DNA of 32,631 nt from an uncultured Eubacteriales bacterium (GCA_902768995.1 CACXNN010000002.1:1-32631), one strand, 5' to 3'; positions 1 to 8,805 are shown, counted from the stretch's first letter. Translations and numbers: made by a program. The notes: a model not told the origin generated them from the letters alone.

Positions 1-75
1 ACCCCGGAGGCGTGCTTCGGATACATGTACGACTTCCCCGAGAACAAGGCCCAGTTGAGCCTGTTCGATCTATAA
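1..75 (+). CDS. 3' end of an unidentified CDS (partial; begins left of the window)
   Basis: Frame 1 is open from base 1 to TAA at 73-75 (...TPEACFGYMYDFPENKAQLSLFDL*). A hairpin terminator follows. Too short to assign a family. Confidence 0.35.
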   Translation, partial: TPEACFGYMYDFPENKAQLSLFDL

Positions 76-78
76 AAC

Positions 79-116
79 AAGCGGCTCTCCGAACGGATCG
101 GAAAGCCGCTTTTACT
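79..116. terminator. Bidirectional intrinsic terminator between convergent genes
   Basis: Stem AAGCGGCT (79-86) pairs with AGCCGCTT (104-111), with an inner TCCGA/TCGGA pairing. T-run at 111-113 on the plus strand and A-run upstream. Lies between the partial plus-strand CDS and the end of ade. Confidence 0.6.
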
Positions 117-127
117 TTGCTTTTGGG

Positions 128-1927
128 TTACTCTACGAACAGGTCCACGAACTGGAAGGTCCGGCAGTCCACCAGGCCCCGGTTGGTGAGGCGCAGCTCC
201 GGCAGGCAGGCCAGGGGGATGAGAGCCATGGTCATATAGGGGGAGTTGATGACGCAGCCCATCTGCTGCCAGGCGTCGCTGAGCTTGCCGACCAGGTCCG
301 CCATCTCCTCCACGGGCAGGTCGTTCATAAGGCCCGCGATGGGCAGGGGCACCAGAGCCAGCACCTTGCCGTCCGCCACGGCACAGAGGCCGCCGCCGCA
401 TTCGATCAGGGTGTTGGCGGCGAGAGCCATATCCTCGTCGTTGGTACCGGCCACCAGCAGGTTGTGGGCGTCGTGGGCCACGGTCTGGGCCATGGCGCCC
501 TTCTTGAAGCCGAAACCTTTCAGGAAGCCAACGCCCTTGGTGCCGGTCTCGTGATGGCGCTCGAAGACGGCCATCTTCAGCAGGTCTTGCCCGGGATCGG
601 CCTCCAGATACCCATCCTTGGCCTTCAGCTCCATGATGCGCTCGTAGTTGCCCACCCGGTTGGGGATGATCTCGATGACCCGGGTCTTGACCACGTCCTT
701 GTCCTTGGGCGCGGCGATCTTGAAGCTGGCAGCGGTGATGGGATGGCCCACGTGCATGGTGTCGTAGATATGGGCAGGGAAGTTGGGCTTGCCGATCTCC
801 ACGGTCATCTTCCCGTTCTCCGCCACCACGTCGCCGTCGATGATGGTGCGGGTGATGCGGATATCGTTGAGATCGTCGAAGAACACGATGTCGGCGCACT
901 TGCCCGGGGCGATGCTGCCCATCTCGTGGTCCATCCTGAAGCAGGTGGCCGGATTGATGGTCACGTACTGGATGGCCTTGATGGGGTCCAGCCCTTCCTT
1001 GATGGCGCAGCGGACGATATGGTCCAGATGCCCGTCCTGGATCAGGGTATCGGGATGGGTGTCGTCGGAGATCAGGCAAGCGAAGCGGTCGTCGATATGG
1101 TTGTCCAGCACCGCCTTGATGATGACGGGCATGTCGTGCCAGGCGCTGCCGTAGCGCATGAGGGCGTACATGCCGTGGCGCATCTTCTCCAGCACGTCCT
1201 CCGCCCGGGTGGATTCGTGGCAGCAGCGGACGCCGGAGGCGATATAGGCGTTGAGACCCATGCCCGTGTCGGGCACGGAGTAGTGGCCGGTGATGACCTG
1301 ATCCGCCTTCAAGGTCTCCGCCAGCTCCCCGTGGATGTTGGGTTCCGCCCAGAGCACGTTGGGGAAGCTCATCATCTCCCCAAGACCCATGATGCCGTCC
1401 CAGGTCATCATCTCCCGGACCTCCTCGGGGCCGATGTGGGAGCCCGTGTCCTCGAAGCCCGCCACGGCGGGCACGCAGGAGGGAACATTGGACATGGCCT
1501 TGAGGGGGGCGCGCTTGGCGTCGTCGATCATGGCCTTCACGCCCTCGGGGCCGCAGACGTTGCAAATCTCGTGGGGGTCCATGAAGATGCCGGTGGTCCC
1601 GTGGGGCACCACCGCCCGGGCGTATTCGCCCACGCTGATCATGGAGGATTCCACATGGATATGGGCGTCCATGAAGCCCGGCGCGATGTATTGGCCGGCA
1701 GCGTCGATGACCTTGGTGTTCTCGCCGATGCAATGGGCGGCGTCGCCCACGAGGGCGATCCGGCCCTGGGCAATGGCTACGTCGATCCCTTCCTGGATCT
1801 CGGCGGTGCAGACGTTCACCAGCTTGGCATTGCGGATGACCAGCTCCGCCTTCTCCACGCCCATAGCCACTCGGGCCATGGTCTGGGTCACTTCGTATAG
1901 GGGCTTCTTGCAGAATTTGTTCAGCAT
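128..1927 (-). CDS. ade: Adenine deaminase (amidohydrolase superfamily)
   Basis: 599 codons from ATG 1927, with AGGAGG about 8 nt upstream. The longer track start at 1984 has no SD. Metal-binding block PGFMDAHIHVESSM and ...GFGFKKGAMAQTVAHDAHNLLVAGTNDEDM...PLPIAGLM... are colinear with B. subtilis AdeC along the whole length. Confidence 0.9.
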   Translation of the reverse strand: MLNKFCKKPLYEVTQTMARVAMGVEKAELVIRNAKLVNVCTAEIQEGIDVAIAQGRIALVGDAAHCIGENTKVIDAAGQYIAPGFMDAHIHVESSMISVGEYARAVVPHGTTGIFMDPHEICNVCGPEGVKAMIDDAKRAPLKAMSNVPSCVPAVAGFEDTGSHIGPEEVREMMTWDGIMGLGEMMSFPNVLWAEPNIHGELAETLKADQVITGHYSVPDTGMGLNAYIASGVRCCHESTRAEDVLEKMRHGMYALMRYGSAWHDMPVIIKAVLDNHIDDRFACLISDDTHPDTLIQDGHLDHIVRCAIKEGLDPIKAIQYVTINPATCFRMDHEMGSIAPGKCADIVFFDDLNDIRITRTIIDGDVVAENGKMTVEIGKPNFPAHIYDTMHVGHPITAASFKIAAPKDKDVVKTRVIEIIPNRVGNYERIMELKAKDGYLEADPGQDLLKMAVFERHHETGTKGVGFLKGFGFKKGAMAQTVAHDAHNLLVAGTNDEDMALAANTLIECGGGLCAVADGKVLALVPLPIAGLMNDLPVEEMADLVGKLSDAWQQMGCVINSPYMTMALIPLACLPELRLTNRGLVDCRTFQFVDLFVE

Positions 1928-2017
1928 CCCGTTCACCTCCTGTTTATTAAATAAAGTATACCATACTCCCGCCTGTTTGTACACCCGTCAGGTTTTGTTT
2001 GCCCTGACGGGATAGAT

Positions 2018-3088
2018 ATGGTAGAATACAAAAAACGAAACGGGAACCATATTTGCATGACAGGCAAAGAGATGCTTCTATATAATTCCCTCAAGGGGCT
2101 ATATCTGCTGGACAAAGCGGATACGCACAGAGTGGTGTCCGACCTGATGGGCCTGCAGGCCCAGTTCGCCAACTATCCCAAAGCGTCTCTGAAGATTCGG
2201 GCCTCGGATTACCGGGAGGCCGACCCCTTCGCGGGACTCGTGAAGATATGGTCCCATCGGGGCACCATGCACCTGGTGCCTGAGGACGAGCTGGGGCTCC
2301 ACCTGTCGGCTTATGATAACGCCGGGCCCTTCGTCCATGGGTATTGGGGTATCTCTCAGACGGACGCCGAGTATTGGGCTCCCTTTCTCGAAGAGGAGAT
2401 AGGGAAAGGCAACAACAGCCGAGACGGGCTCAAAGCCGCCTGCGCCGATAAGGGCATGGGGGAGGAGCTGCTCCATCAGGTGTTCTACGGCTGGGGTGGG
2501 CTCATCCGGGAGATGATCTGTCGGGGCCGGATCGTATGCGGCACGGGAACGCAGAAGGCCTATTTTCTGCCGAAGTCCGTTCAGTGGATGGATCGGGACC
2601 AGGCCCGGCGGGTATTCCTCAGGCGGTACTTCCTGCACTACGGCCCGGCCACCCTGTCCGACTGCCGCTATTTCTTCGGCAATTGGAAGAAGGCGGATAT
2701 GGACCCGCTGCTGCAAGAGCTACTGCCGGAGCTATGTTGCACCGTGATCGACGGCAAGAAATATTACAGTCTCTACGATCCCATTAAAGACGGGGCCATT
2801 CCGGCGTGCGTCCTGGTACCCGGCTTCGATCAACTGGTCCTGGGGTACAAGGATCGGGAACGCATGATCGACGGGCGGTTTTTACGGGAGCTGACCAATA
2901 TCTCCGGCATCATCTCTCCATCCATCCTGATCCGGGGCCGCATCCAGGCCCGGTGGAAGCTGGACGGTCAAAAGGTCATCGTCACCTCCTTCGACAAGCG
3001 GCTGAAGAAGGACGAAGCCGCCATACGCCGGAAGGTGAAAGAGGTATTCGCAAAGCAGGTCCAACAGGTCCTTTTCACGGAAGCATAG
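2018..3088 (+). CDS. Winged-helix DNA glycosylase-like protein (YcaQ/AlkZ, HTH_42 family)
   Basis: 356-aa ORF. Family-typical N-terminal ...DLMGLQAQFANYP... (a Q-x-Q at the position of the AlkZ catalytic motif), ...IWSHRGTMHLV..., and C-terminal ...LIRGRIQARWKLDG.... Assigned from remembered motifs, not a search. Confidence 0.6.
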   Translation: MVEYKKRNGNHICMTGKEMLLYNSLKGLYLLDKADTHRVVSDLMGLQAQFANYPKASLKIRASDYREADPFAGLVKIWSHRGTMHLVPEDELGLHLSAYDNAGPFVHGYWGISQTDAEYWAPFLEEEIGKGNNSRDGLKAACADKGMGEELLHQVFYGWGGLIREMICRGRIVCGTGTQKAYFLPKSVQWMDRDQARRVFLRRYFLHYGPATLSDCRYFFGNWKKADMDPLLQELLPELCCTVIDGKKYYSLYDPIKDGAIPACVLVPGFDQLVLGYKDRERMIDGRFLRELTNISGIISPSILIRGRIQARWKLDGQKVIVTSFDKRLKKDEAAIRRKVKEVFAKQVQQVLFTEA

Positions 3089-3097
3089 GAGGGGAGG

Positions 3098-3580
3098 ATG
3101 TCTACGGGGAAGCTGACGCTGTACACGCCCACGCTGGACGATCTGTGGTTCCGGCAGCGGATGCTGGAGGACGAGGAGACCATGTCTTATAACCGGGCTT
3201 GGGGCGGCACCATCCCATGGCCACGGGAACGGTGGGCCTCCTGGTATGAGCATTGGATCGTCCATCCCGAGGGGAAGCGATTCTATCGGTATCTCAAGGA
3301 CGAGGATACGGGGAACTTCGTAGGCGAGATCGCTTATCACTTGGATGAGCAGGGCATGTGCCAGGCGGACGTGATCGTCTTCGCCCCGTGCCGGGGTCAG
3401 GGATATGGGCGAGAGAGCCTGCGACTCCTGTGTGAAGCGGCTCGGGAACACGGCGTGGACGTTCTGTATGACGATATGGCGGCGGACAATCCGGCCATTG
3501 GCCTGTTCCTTAGCGAGGGATTCCAGCTGGTGGAGGAACGGCCGTTGACCCGACTGCTGAAAAAAGACTTGACTAGGTAG
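3098..3580 (+). CDS. GNAT family N-acetyltransferase
   Basis: 160-aa ORF with AGGAGGGGAGG directly upstream of the ATG. Acetyl-CoA-binding-type motif ...CRGQGYGRESLRLLCEAA... and C-terminal ...NPAIGLFLSEGFQLVEE. Confidence 0.8.
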   Translation: MSTGKLTLYTPTLDDLWFRQRMLEDEETMSYNRAWGGTIPWPRERWASWYEHWIVHPEGKRFYRYLKDEDTGNFVGEIAYHLDEQGMCQADVIVFAPCRGQGYGRESLRLLCEAAREHGVDVLYDDMAADNPAIGLFLSEGFQLVEERPLTRLLKKDLTR

Positions 3581-3591
3581 GCAGCACACTC

Positions 3592-3620
3592 TTCAAAACG
3601 TGATCAAATTGGTGTACAAT
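3592..3620 (+). promoter_or_regulatory. Putative sigma-A promoter of the 3644-6581 operon
   Basis: TTCAAA (3592-3597), 17 nt spacer, TACAAT (3615-3620), about 24 nt upstream of the SD and ATG at 3644. Confidence 0.4.
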
Positions 3621-3643
3621 AGAAAAAAGACAGGAGACAGGAT

Positions 3644-4684
3644 ATGAAAAACATCACCCTGGGAACCACCGGGATCGTGGTCCCGCAGAATGGATTCGGC
3701 GCGCTGCCCATCCAGCGCATCTCGAAGGAAAAGGCGGTAAAGCTCCTGCGGCGGGCCTATGAGGGCGGCATGCGCTATTTCGATACCGCCAGAGCTTATA
3801 CGGACAGCGAGGAGAAGCTGGGCGCTGCCTTCGGCGACGGATGGCTGAAGCGGGAGGAAGTGTACATCGCCACCAAGACCCACGCTAACACCACCGAGGG
3901 TTTCTGGAAGGATCTGGAGACCTCTCTGAAGCTTTTGAAGACGGACTATATCGATGTCTATCAGTTCCACAACCTGTCCCAATGCTATCGTCCGGGAGAC
4001 GGTACGGGCATGTACGAGGCCATGCTGGAAGCGAAAGCCCAGGGAAAGATCCGACATATCGGCGCTTCGGCTCATAAGATCGGCGTGGCAAGGGAAGTGG
4101 TGGAAAGCGGCCTCTACGAGACGCTGCAGTACCCCATGAGCTACTTGGCCGAGGACAAGGAGCTGGAGCTGCTGGCCGCCTGTCAGCAGCACAACATGGG
4201 CTTCGTGTGCATGAAAGGCCTGGCTGGCGGCCTCATCACCAACGCCAAGGCGGCCATGGCCTTCGTGAGCCAATTCGACGGGCTGATCCCCATCTGGGGC
4301 ATCCAGCGGGAGAGGGAGCTGGACGACTGGCTGTCCTTCATGGACGAGACGCCCATTATGGACGACGAGCTGCGGGCCTATATCGCCAACGAGCGGCAGG
4401 AGCTCATGGGCTCCTTCTGCCGGGGCTGCGGCTACTGCCTGCCCTGCACGGTGGGCATCAAGATCAGCGACTGCAACCGCATGTCGCTGATGATCCGCCG
4501 TGCTCCCAGCGCCGGCTGGCTCAGCGAAAAGTGGCAGGTGGAGATGGAAAAGATCGACGAGTGTGTGGACTGCCGCCAGTGCGTCAGCAAGTGCCCCTAC
4601 GAGCTGGATATCCCGAACCTGCTGCGGAAGAACCTGGAGGACTATCGGAACGTCCTGGCGGGGAAGACCAAAGTGACGGAGTGA
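3644..4684 (+). CDS. Aldo/keto reductase fused to a C-terminal Cys-rich (4Fe-4S ferredoxin-like) domain
   Basis: 346 aa. AKR N-terminus ...LGTTGIVVPQNGFGALPIQR...AYEGGMRYFDTARAYTDSEEKLG.... C-terminus carries CRGCGYCLPC and CVDCRQCVSKCP cysteine motifs. Confidence 0.85.
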   Translation: MKNITLGTTGIVVPQNGFGALPIQRISKEKAVKLLRRAYEGGMRYFDTARAYTDSEEKLGAAFGDGWLKREEVYIATKTHANTTEGFWKDLETSLKLLKTDYIDVYQFHNLSQCYRPGDGTGMYEAMLEAKAQGKIRHIGASAHKIGVAREVVESGLYETLQYPMSYLAEDKELELLAACQQHNMGFVCMKGLAGGLITNAKAAMAFVSQFDGLIPIWGIQRERELDDWLSFMDETPIMDDELRAYIANERQELMGSFCRGCGYCLPCTVGIKISDCNRMSLMIRRAPSAGWLSEKWQVEMEKIDECVDCRQCVSKCPYELDIPNLLRKNLEDYRNVLAGKTKVTE

Positions 4685-4698
4685 GGGAGGAGCAGGCC

Positions 4699-5010
4699 AT
4701 GGAACAGATCGAACGTATCATGAAGATGGAGCAATGCCTGGACGCTTCGGAAAAGGCCATTCGTGAGCTGTCGGAGGCTTTGTCCGCCTTCGAGGAGGTC
4801 CAGGCCCAATATCGCCAGCTCAGCGGATACTACGGTAGCGACCAATGGATAGAGGACTACGAGGACGACGAAGCAGGGAAGCTCCCCAAAGACCTGAAAC
4901 GGGGCGTACTGTCGGAGGATGCCGTCTACGATCTGATCACGGAGAACCGGGAGCTGCTGGTTCGGATGCTGCGGCTGGTCACGGCCGCGTTGGAAACGGA
5001 CACATTGTAA
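4699..5010 (+). CDS. DUF4298-like small coiled-coil protein
   Basis: ATG 4699 with GGGAGGAGCAGG upstream, 103 aa: MEQIERIMKMEQCLDASEKAIRELSEAL...AGKLPKDLKRGVLSEDAVYDLITENRELL.... The upstream part of the 267-aa track ORF overlaps the AKR gene in another frame and is discarded. Confidence 0.7.
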   Translation: MEQIERIMKMEQCLDASEKAIRELSEALSAFEEVQAQYRQLSGYYGSDQWIEDYEDDEAGKLPKDLKRGVLSEDAVYDLITENRELLVRMLRLVTAALETDTL

Positions 5011-5025
5011 AGAGAGGATAAAAAG

Positions 5026-5277
5026 ATGCTGGAATACAAGTACGACACCCAACTGCTGATTGAAGGGACCGATCTGGACGAGGACAAAATCAGCGACTAT
5101 TTCACCGAGAACTTCAAGGGCGACTGCCTCCTGTGCGTGGGGGACGAGACCCTGATCAAGATCCATTTCCACACCAACGAGCCCTGGCTGGTACTGCAAT
5201 ACTGCGCCACCCTGGGGGAGATCTTCGACATCGTGGTGGAGGATATGGACCGACAGGCCCGGGGGCTCCAGGGCTGA
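5026..5277 (+). CDS. Small stand-alone protein resembling the middle domain of YloV/DAK2-fusion proteins
   Basis: 83 aa. ...GDCLLCVGDETLIKIHFHTNEPWLVLQYCATLGEIFDIVVEDMDRQ matches the GDS..V....vKvHvHT..Pg......G.l..i.i.NM..Q block I remember from YloV. SD GAGAGGA upstream. Confidence 0.55.
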   Translation: MLEYKYDTQLLIEGTDLDEDKISDYFTENFKGDCLLCVGDETLIKIHFHTNEPWLVLQYCATLGEIFDIVVEDMDRQARGLQG

Positions 5278-5774
5278 TGACGTACCTGCCCGCCGATTTC
5301 TTTTTGAAGGACGCTTTGACGGTGGCGCCTCGTCTCCTGGGCTGCCGCCTGGCGGTGGACGGCCGGGAGCTGATCATCACCGTGACGGAGGCCTACCGGG
5401 GCGAATCGGACACGGCCTGTCACGCCCATCATGGGCGGACGAAGCGGACAGAGATGCTGTACCGCCGGGGTGGGTATATATACGTCTATCTATGCTACGG
5501 GATCCATAGCCTTCTGAACATCATCACCGGGCCAGAGGACGAGCCCCAGGGCGTGCTGATCCGCAGCTGCCAGGGGGCCGAGGGTCCGGGGAAGCTCACC
5601 AAGGCCCTGGGGATCGACCTATCCTACAATGGCCTCGATATCCTGACCACGAATAGAATAAACTTGTGGAAAGGGCCGGAGTGCGTCTTTGACACCGCGC
5701 CGCGGGTGGGCATCGGCTATGCCTCGAAGGAGGATCAACTTCGTCCCTGGCGCTTCATTATGAAAGGAAACTGA
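5277..5774 (+). CDS. DNA-3-methyladenine glycosylase (Mpg/AAG family)
   Basis: ATG 5277 overlaps the preceding TGA (TGATG). 165 aa: ...APRLLGCRL...ITVTEAYRGESDTACHAHHGRTKRTEMLY..GG.IYVYLCYGIHSLLNI....EPQGVLIRS...GPGKLTKALGI...PRVGI......PWRF. Colinear with B. subtilis YxlJ/Aag but about 15 aa shorter in one loop. Confidence 0.85.
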   Translation: MTYLPADFFLKDALTVAPRLLGCRLAVDGRELIITVTEAYRGESDTACHAHHGRTKRTEMLYRRGGYIYVYLCYGIHSLLNIITGPEDEPQGVLIRSCQGAEGPGKLTKALGIDLSYNGLDILTTNRINLWKGPECVFDTAPRVGIGYASKEDQLRPWRFIMKGN

Positions 5775-6581
5775 TTGCTGTACGTTCTTTGCTTCATTCT
5801 CATTGCGGGTGTGGGCCTGTTGCTCTACGGCTGGTGGGACACCAACCGTTTCGACGTGCGCAGAACTAAGATCGAGTTGGATCGGCTGCCCAAAGCTTTC
5901 GACGGGTTCACCATATTACAAGTGTCGGACCTCCACAACCGTGGCTATGGGAAGGACGGGCGGGAGCTCCTGCGGGCCATCGAAACGCTGGATTTCGATA
6001 TGGCGGCGCTTACCGGGGACCTGTTGGACCGGCATCTTCCCAAGCGACGGAAGAACGTCTACGCCCTGCTCGAAGTGTTGAAAGATAGAGCACCCGTCTA
6101 TTTCGTGGAGGGCAATCACGAAGCGGAGATCGGCCATTGGGACAGCATTAAGATAGAGCTGACGGACCGGGGCGTCCGCGTGCTGGATAACGAAGTAGTG
6201 ACCCTGGTACGGGAGGATGAACAGCTGGTCCTGCGCGGTATACGGGAGGAAGCTTCGCCGGAGGAGTTCGAAGGGCTGATCCAGAAGGACAGATGCGCCA
6301 TTCTTTTGGCCCACCACCCGGAACGGATCGAGGAATACGCCAAAACCGGCGTGGACCTGGTCCTGTCCGGCCACGCTCACGGCGGCCAGGTCCGCATCTT
6401 CGGCCAGGGGTTGTACAGCCCCGATCAAGGCATCCTGCCACGGTACACGTCAGGGGTATATGCGCGTGGCCGCACCAGACTCTATGTCTCCCGAGGCGCG
6501 GGCACCCACAGCTTCCTGCCGCCTCGCATCTTCAACCGCCCCGAGATCGATATAATAACGTTAAAAACGCCTTCCCGCTGA
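5775..6581 (+). CDS. Membrane-anchored metallophosphoesterase (YkuE-like)
   Basis: 268 aa, apparently with a TTG start immediately after the upstream stop. N-terminal TM helix, then all calcineurin-type motifs: VSDLHN, LTGDLLD, GNHE, LAHHP, GHAHGGQ. Confidence 0.8.
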   Translation: MLYVLCFILIAGVGLLLYGWWDTNRFDVRRTKIELDRLPKAFDGFTILQVSDLHNRGYGKDGRELLRAIETLDFDMAALTGDLLDRHLPKRRKNVYALLEVLKDRAPVYFVEGNHEAEIGHWDSIKIELTDRGVRVLDNEVVTLVREDEQLVLRGIREEASPEEFEGLIQKDRCAILLAHHPERIEEYAKTGVDLVLSGHAHGGQVRIFGQGLYSPDQGILPRYTSGVYARGRTRLYVSRGAGTHSFLPPRIFNRPEIDIITLKTPSR

Positions 6582-6598
6582 ACGGAAAGGCGCTTTTA
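6566..6598. terminator. Bidirectional intrinsic terminator
   Basis: Imperfect stem CGCCTTCC / GGAAAGGCG spans the TGA at 6579-6581 and is followed by TTTTATT. Lies between the convergent metallophosphoesterase and deoC genes. Confidence 0.55.
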
Positions 6599-6610
6599 TT
6601 ACTGTAAATC

Positions 6611-7255
6611 TTATCCCTCAATGATCTTCTTGGAGGAGCTGGCGCCGATGCGGCTGGCACCGGCGGCGATCATGGCTTCGGCCGCCTCCTTGGAACGGAT
6701 GCCGCCGGAGGCCTTCACGCCCAGCTCGTCGCCTACCACGCCCCGCATGAGGGCCACGTCCTCCACGGTGGCGCCGCCGGTGGAGAAGCCGGTGGATGTC
6801 TTCACGAAGTCGGCCCCGGCGTTCTTGGCGCAGAGGCAGGCATTCACCTTCTGCTCGTCGTTCAAGAGGCAGGTCTCGATGATGACCTTTAACAGAGCCT
6901 TGCCCCGGATGGCGTCGGCCACGGTCCTGATATCCTTTTCCACATACTCCCAGTCGCCTTCCCGGGCCGCGCCGACGGAGATAACCATGTCGATCTCCTG
7001 GGCCCCGTTCTCCACGCAGAGCTTCGCCTCCGCGGCTTTGATGGCGGAGGGGGTAGCCCCCAGCGGGAAGCCCACCACGCAGCAGGTCTTGATATCCGTG
7101 CCCTCCAGCTCCTTAGCCACGAAGGAAGCGAAGATGGGGTTCACGCAGACGCTGGCGGTGTTGTAAGCCTTGGCTTCCTCGCAGACACGGCGGATATCCT
7201 CATGGGTGGATTCCGGCTTCAGTAGGGTATGGTCGATGTACTTGTTCAGCTCCAT
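6611..7255 (-). CDS. deoC: Deoxyribose-phosphate aldolase
   Basis: 214 aa from ATG 7255 ([15 protein letters not shown]...). Schiff-base lysine context ...[10 protein letters not shown]..., and ...VKASGGIR.... The start overlaps the stop of the upstream ORF (TAATG). Confidence 0.92.
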   Translation of the reverse strand: MELNKYIDHTLLKPESTHEDIRRVCEEAKAYNTASVCVNPIFASFVAKELEGTDIKTCCVVGFPLGATPSAIKAAEAKLCVENGAQEIDMVISVGAAREGDWEYVEKDIRTVADAIRGKALLKVIIETCLLNDEQKVNACLCAKNAGADFVKTSTGFSTGGATVEDVALMRGVVGDELGVKASGGIRSKEAAEAMIAAGASRIGASSSKKIIEG

Positions 7256-7623
7256 TATTTCGCATCTCCTTCCTCGGTGTATGTGATCACGTTTTGCCCG
7301 TCGTCCCACAGGCGCTCCAGATTATAATAGGTGCGCTCCTCCGGATGGAACAGATGCACCAGAAGATCGCCAAAGTCCAGCACGATCCAGCGGCCCTCCT
7401 GATAGCCCTCCTTCCGGCGGGGGATGAGGCCCATTTCGGCGGCTTTCTCCTCCAATTCGTCAGAGAGAGCCTTGACCTGGGGCACGCCCCGGCCGCTGCA
7501 GACGATGAACCAATCGGCGATGATGGTCTTGTCCGTTACCTCGATGGCCCGGATGTCCAGGGCTTTCTTGTCGTACAGGATCTTGCAGAGCTGAAGGATC
7601 GTTTCCTTGTTCAGGGTTTCCAT
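7255..7623 (-). CDS. rsfS: RsfS module, possibly also translated independently from an internal start
   Basis: In-frame ATG at 7623 ([12 protein letters not shown]...) preceded by AAGGAG (7630-7635) at 6 nt spacing, inside the long ORF. 122 codons to the shared stop. Confidence 0.5.
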   Translation of the reverse strand: METLNKETILQLCKILYDKKALDIRAIEVTDKTIIADWFIVCSGRGVPQVKALSDELEEKAAEMGLIPRRKEGYQEGRWIVLDFGDLLVHLFHPEERTYYNLERLWDDGQNVITYTEEGDAK

Positions 7624-8805
7624 GTATGTCTCCTTTGCTGTAGTCTTGCGCTCGAGGTAGTCCCTGGCGCGGAGGGTGGCAGGGTTGATGCCATTTCCTC
7701 TGCTCTGAATATAGCAGATATTGTCGTCAAATACAAGTAGCAGCCCTTTTTCAAAGCTGATAGGATCGCTGGCGGAGAGAAGCAGGGCTCGATGCTTCTC
7801 CACGGAGGGATAGTCCCGGCCAGGTTCGATCAGGTCCGCTGCCCAGATGATCTCGTCCAGCAGCGTCATACCCTCCGTCCCAGTGGTATGATACCGGATG
7901 GCCTCCAGGACCTCATCGTCCGTGATGCCGTATTGCTCTCTGGCCAGGGTGGCGCCGGCAGGAGCGTGGAGGATCATATCGTCCTTCTCGGGGTCCAGGG
8001 TGCTGCCGTCCCGCTTGGCCAGGATAGCCTGCTCGGTGACGGAGAGATATTTTGCGCAGTCGTGGAGCAGGGCGGCCAATCGAGCCTTACGTCCGTCCGC
8101 ACCCAAAATATCCGCCAGCTGTACCGCTGTCATCTCGACGCCCAGCACGTGTTGGAAGCGGCTGGGCTTCAGAGTATCTCGCATGGCCTCGGTCAGCGTC
8201 ACGAGCTGCTCGTTCGTGTACAGGGATTGCTCGTAGATGTACCGTTCCACTGCCTTCGGCACTAGGCCGGAGATGGGCCGTCCACCAGCTAAACGATTCC
8301 GTATTTCGGTGGAGGAAAGCTCTCGCACAGGGGGGAGAAGGGTGACTTTTGCGCCAAACAACTCCGTGACCTGTTTGGCCGCTTCCGCCTCGCCGCCGTC
8401 CTGCCCGGCCCGGCAGATGCAGACCAGATGGGCCTTTTCGCAAACGATCTCCGGGTGATACCAGGAGGTGAGGGAACGGAGCATATCGCTGCCCATGATG
8501 AAAAACAGCTGGTCCTGGGGATGCTCCTCCTTCAGGTGCATCAGGGTGAGGGCCGTATAGCTGGTGCCAGTTTGGTTCAATTCCCAGTCGGAAGCTGTGA
8601 ATCCGACCTCTCCTTCGCAGGCCAGTTGCACCATTGTATAGCGCTGCTCGCTGGTCGCCCCCTGGGCCAGCTCCTTGTGGGGCGGGATGCGGTCCACCAT
8701 GAGGATGACCTCATCGAGGCCCAAGGCGTCTCGAGCGCTGCGGGCCATATCCAGGTGTCCGTTGTGGATGGGGTGAAAGCTGCCCCCTAAAATACCGATC
8801 TTCAT
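7255..8805 (-). CDS. nadD: Single ORF encoding nicotinate-nucleotide adenylyltransferase (NadD), HD-domain phosphohydrolase (YqeK) and ribosome silencing factor (RsfS)
   Basis: No stop codon between three recognisable modules. NadD: [18 protein letters not shown]...SSTEIRNRL. YqeK: ...[16 protein letters not shown]...LLHDCAKY...HAPAGA...IRYHTTG...[10 protein letters not shown]. RsfS: ...[14 protein letters not shown]....ADWFIVCSG.....VKAL......[30 protein letters not shown]. Start chosen at ATG 8805 (MKIGILGG). An in-frame ATG at 8835 is also possible, and neither has a good SD. Confidence 0.85.
   Translation of the reverse strand: MKIGILGGSFHPIHNGHLDMARSARDALGLDEVILMVDRIPPHKELAQGATSEQRYTMVQLACEGEVGFTASDWELNQTGTSYTALTLMHLKEEHPQDQLFFIMGSDMLRSLTSWYHPEIVCEKAHLVCICRAGQDGGEAEAAKQVTELFGAKVTLLPPVRELSSTEIRNRLAGGRPISGLVPKAVERYIYEQSLYTNEQLVTLTEAMRDTLKPSRFQHVLGVEMTAVQLADILGADGRKARLAALLHDCAKYLSVTEQAILAKRDGSTLDPEKDDMILHAPAGATLAREQYGITDDEVLEAIRYHTTGTEGMTLLDEIIWAADLIEPGRDYPSVEKHRALLLSASDPISFEKGLLLVFDDNICYIQSRGNGINPATLRARDYLERKTTAKETYMETLNKETILQLCKILYDKKALDIRAIEVTDKTIIADWFIVCSGRGVPQVKALSDELEEKAAEMGLIPRRKEGYQEGRWIVLDFGDLLVHLFHPEERTYYNLERLWDDGQNVITYTEEGDAK

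Noticed and set aside
464-1900. 478-aa plus-strand ORF, together with the other long antisense ORFs at 9818-10891, 11114-12316, 14039-14782, 16347-17444, 17423-18379, 21620-22444, 29371-30765 and 30994-31833
   Set aside because: Each is antisense to a gene with strong family signatures. They have low-complexity Gly/Ala/Arg/His-rich translations, alternative start codons and no ribosome-binding sites.
1928-2017. Possible purine riboswitch upstream of adenine deaminase
   Set aside because: The minus-strand leader is only about 60-90 nt. It lacks the conserved purine-riboswitch three-way-junction sequence. I see only a promoter-like TGGTATACT and a 9-bp hairpin (1984-2011) closer to the divergent gene.
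3613-3620. TGTACA palindromes (also at about 1976-1983 and 11939-11946) as a shared operator
   Set aside because: A 6-nt palindrome is expected several times by chance in 32 kb, and more often in AT-richer intergenic DNA. I kept it only as a low-interest note for the two AKR promoters.
4207-4698. N-terminal 164 codons of the 267-aa track ORF
   Set aside because: This part overlaps the AKR-ferredoxin gene in another frame with an Arg/Gly/Pro-rich nonsense translation. The real gene starts at ATG 4699 behind its own SD.
5277-5774. A further internal deletion in the Mpg glycosylase (about 15 aa shorter than B. subtilis Aag before GPGKL)
   Set aside because: The missing stretch is a variable surface loop in this family and all conserved blocks are in register. 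It is more likely natural variation than a lesion, and I mention it only in passing.
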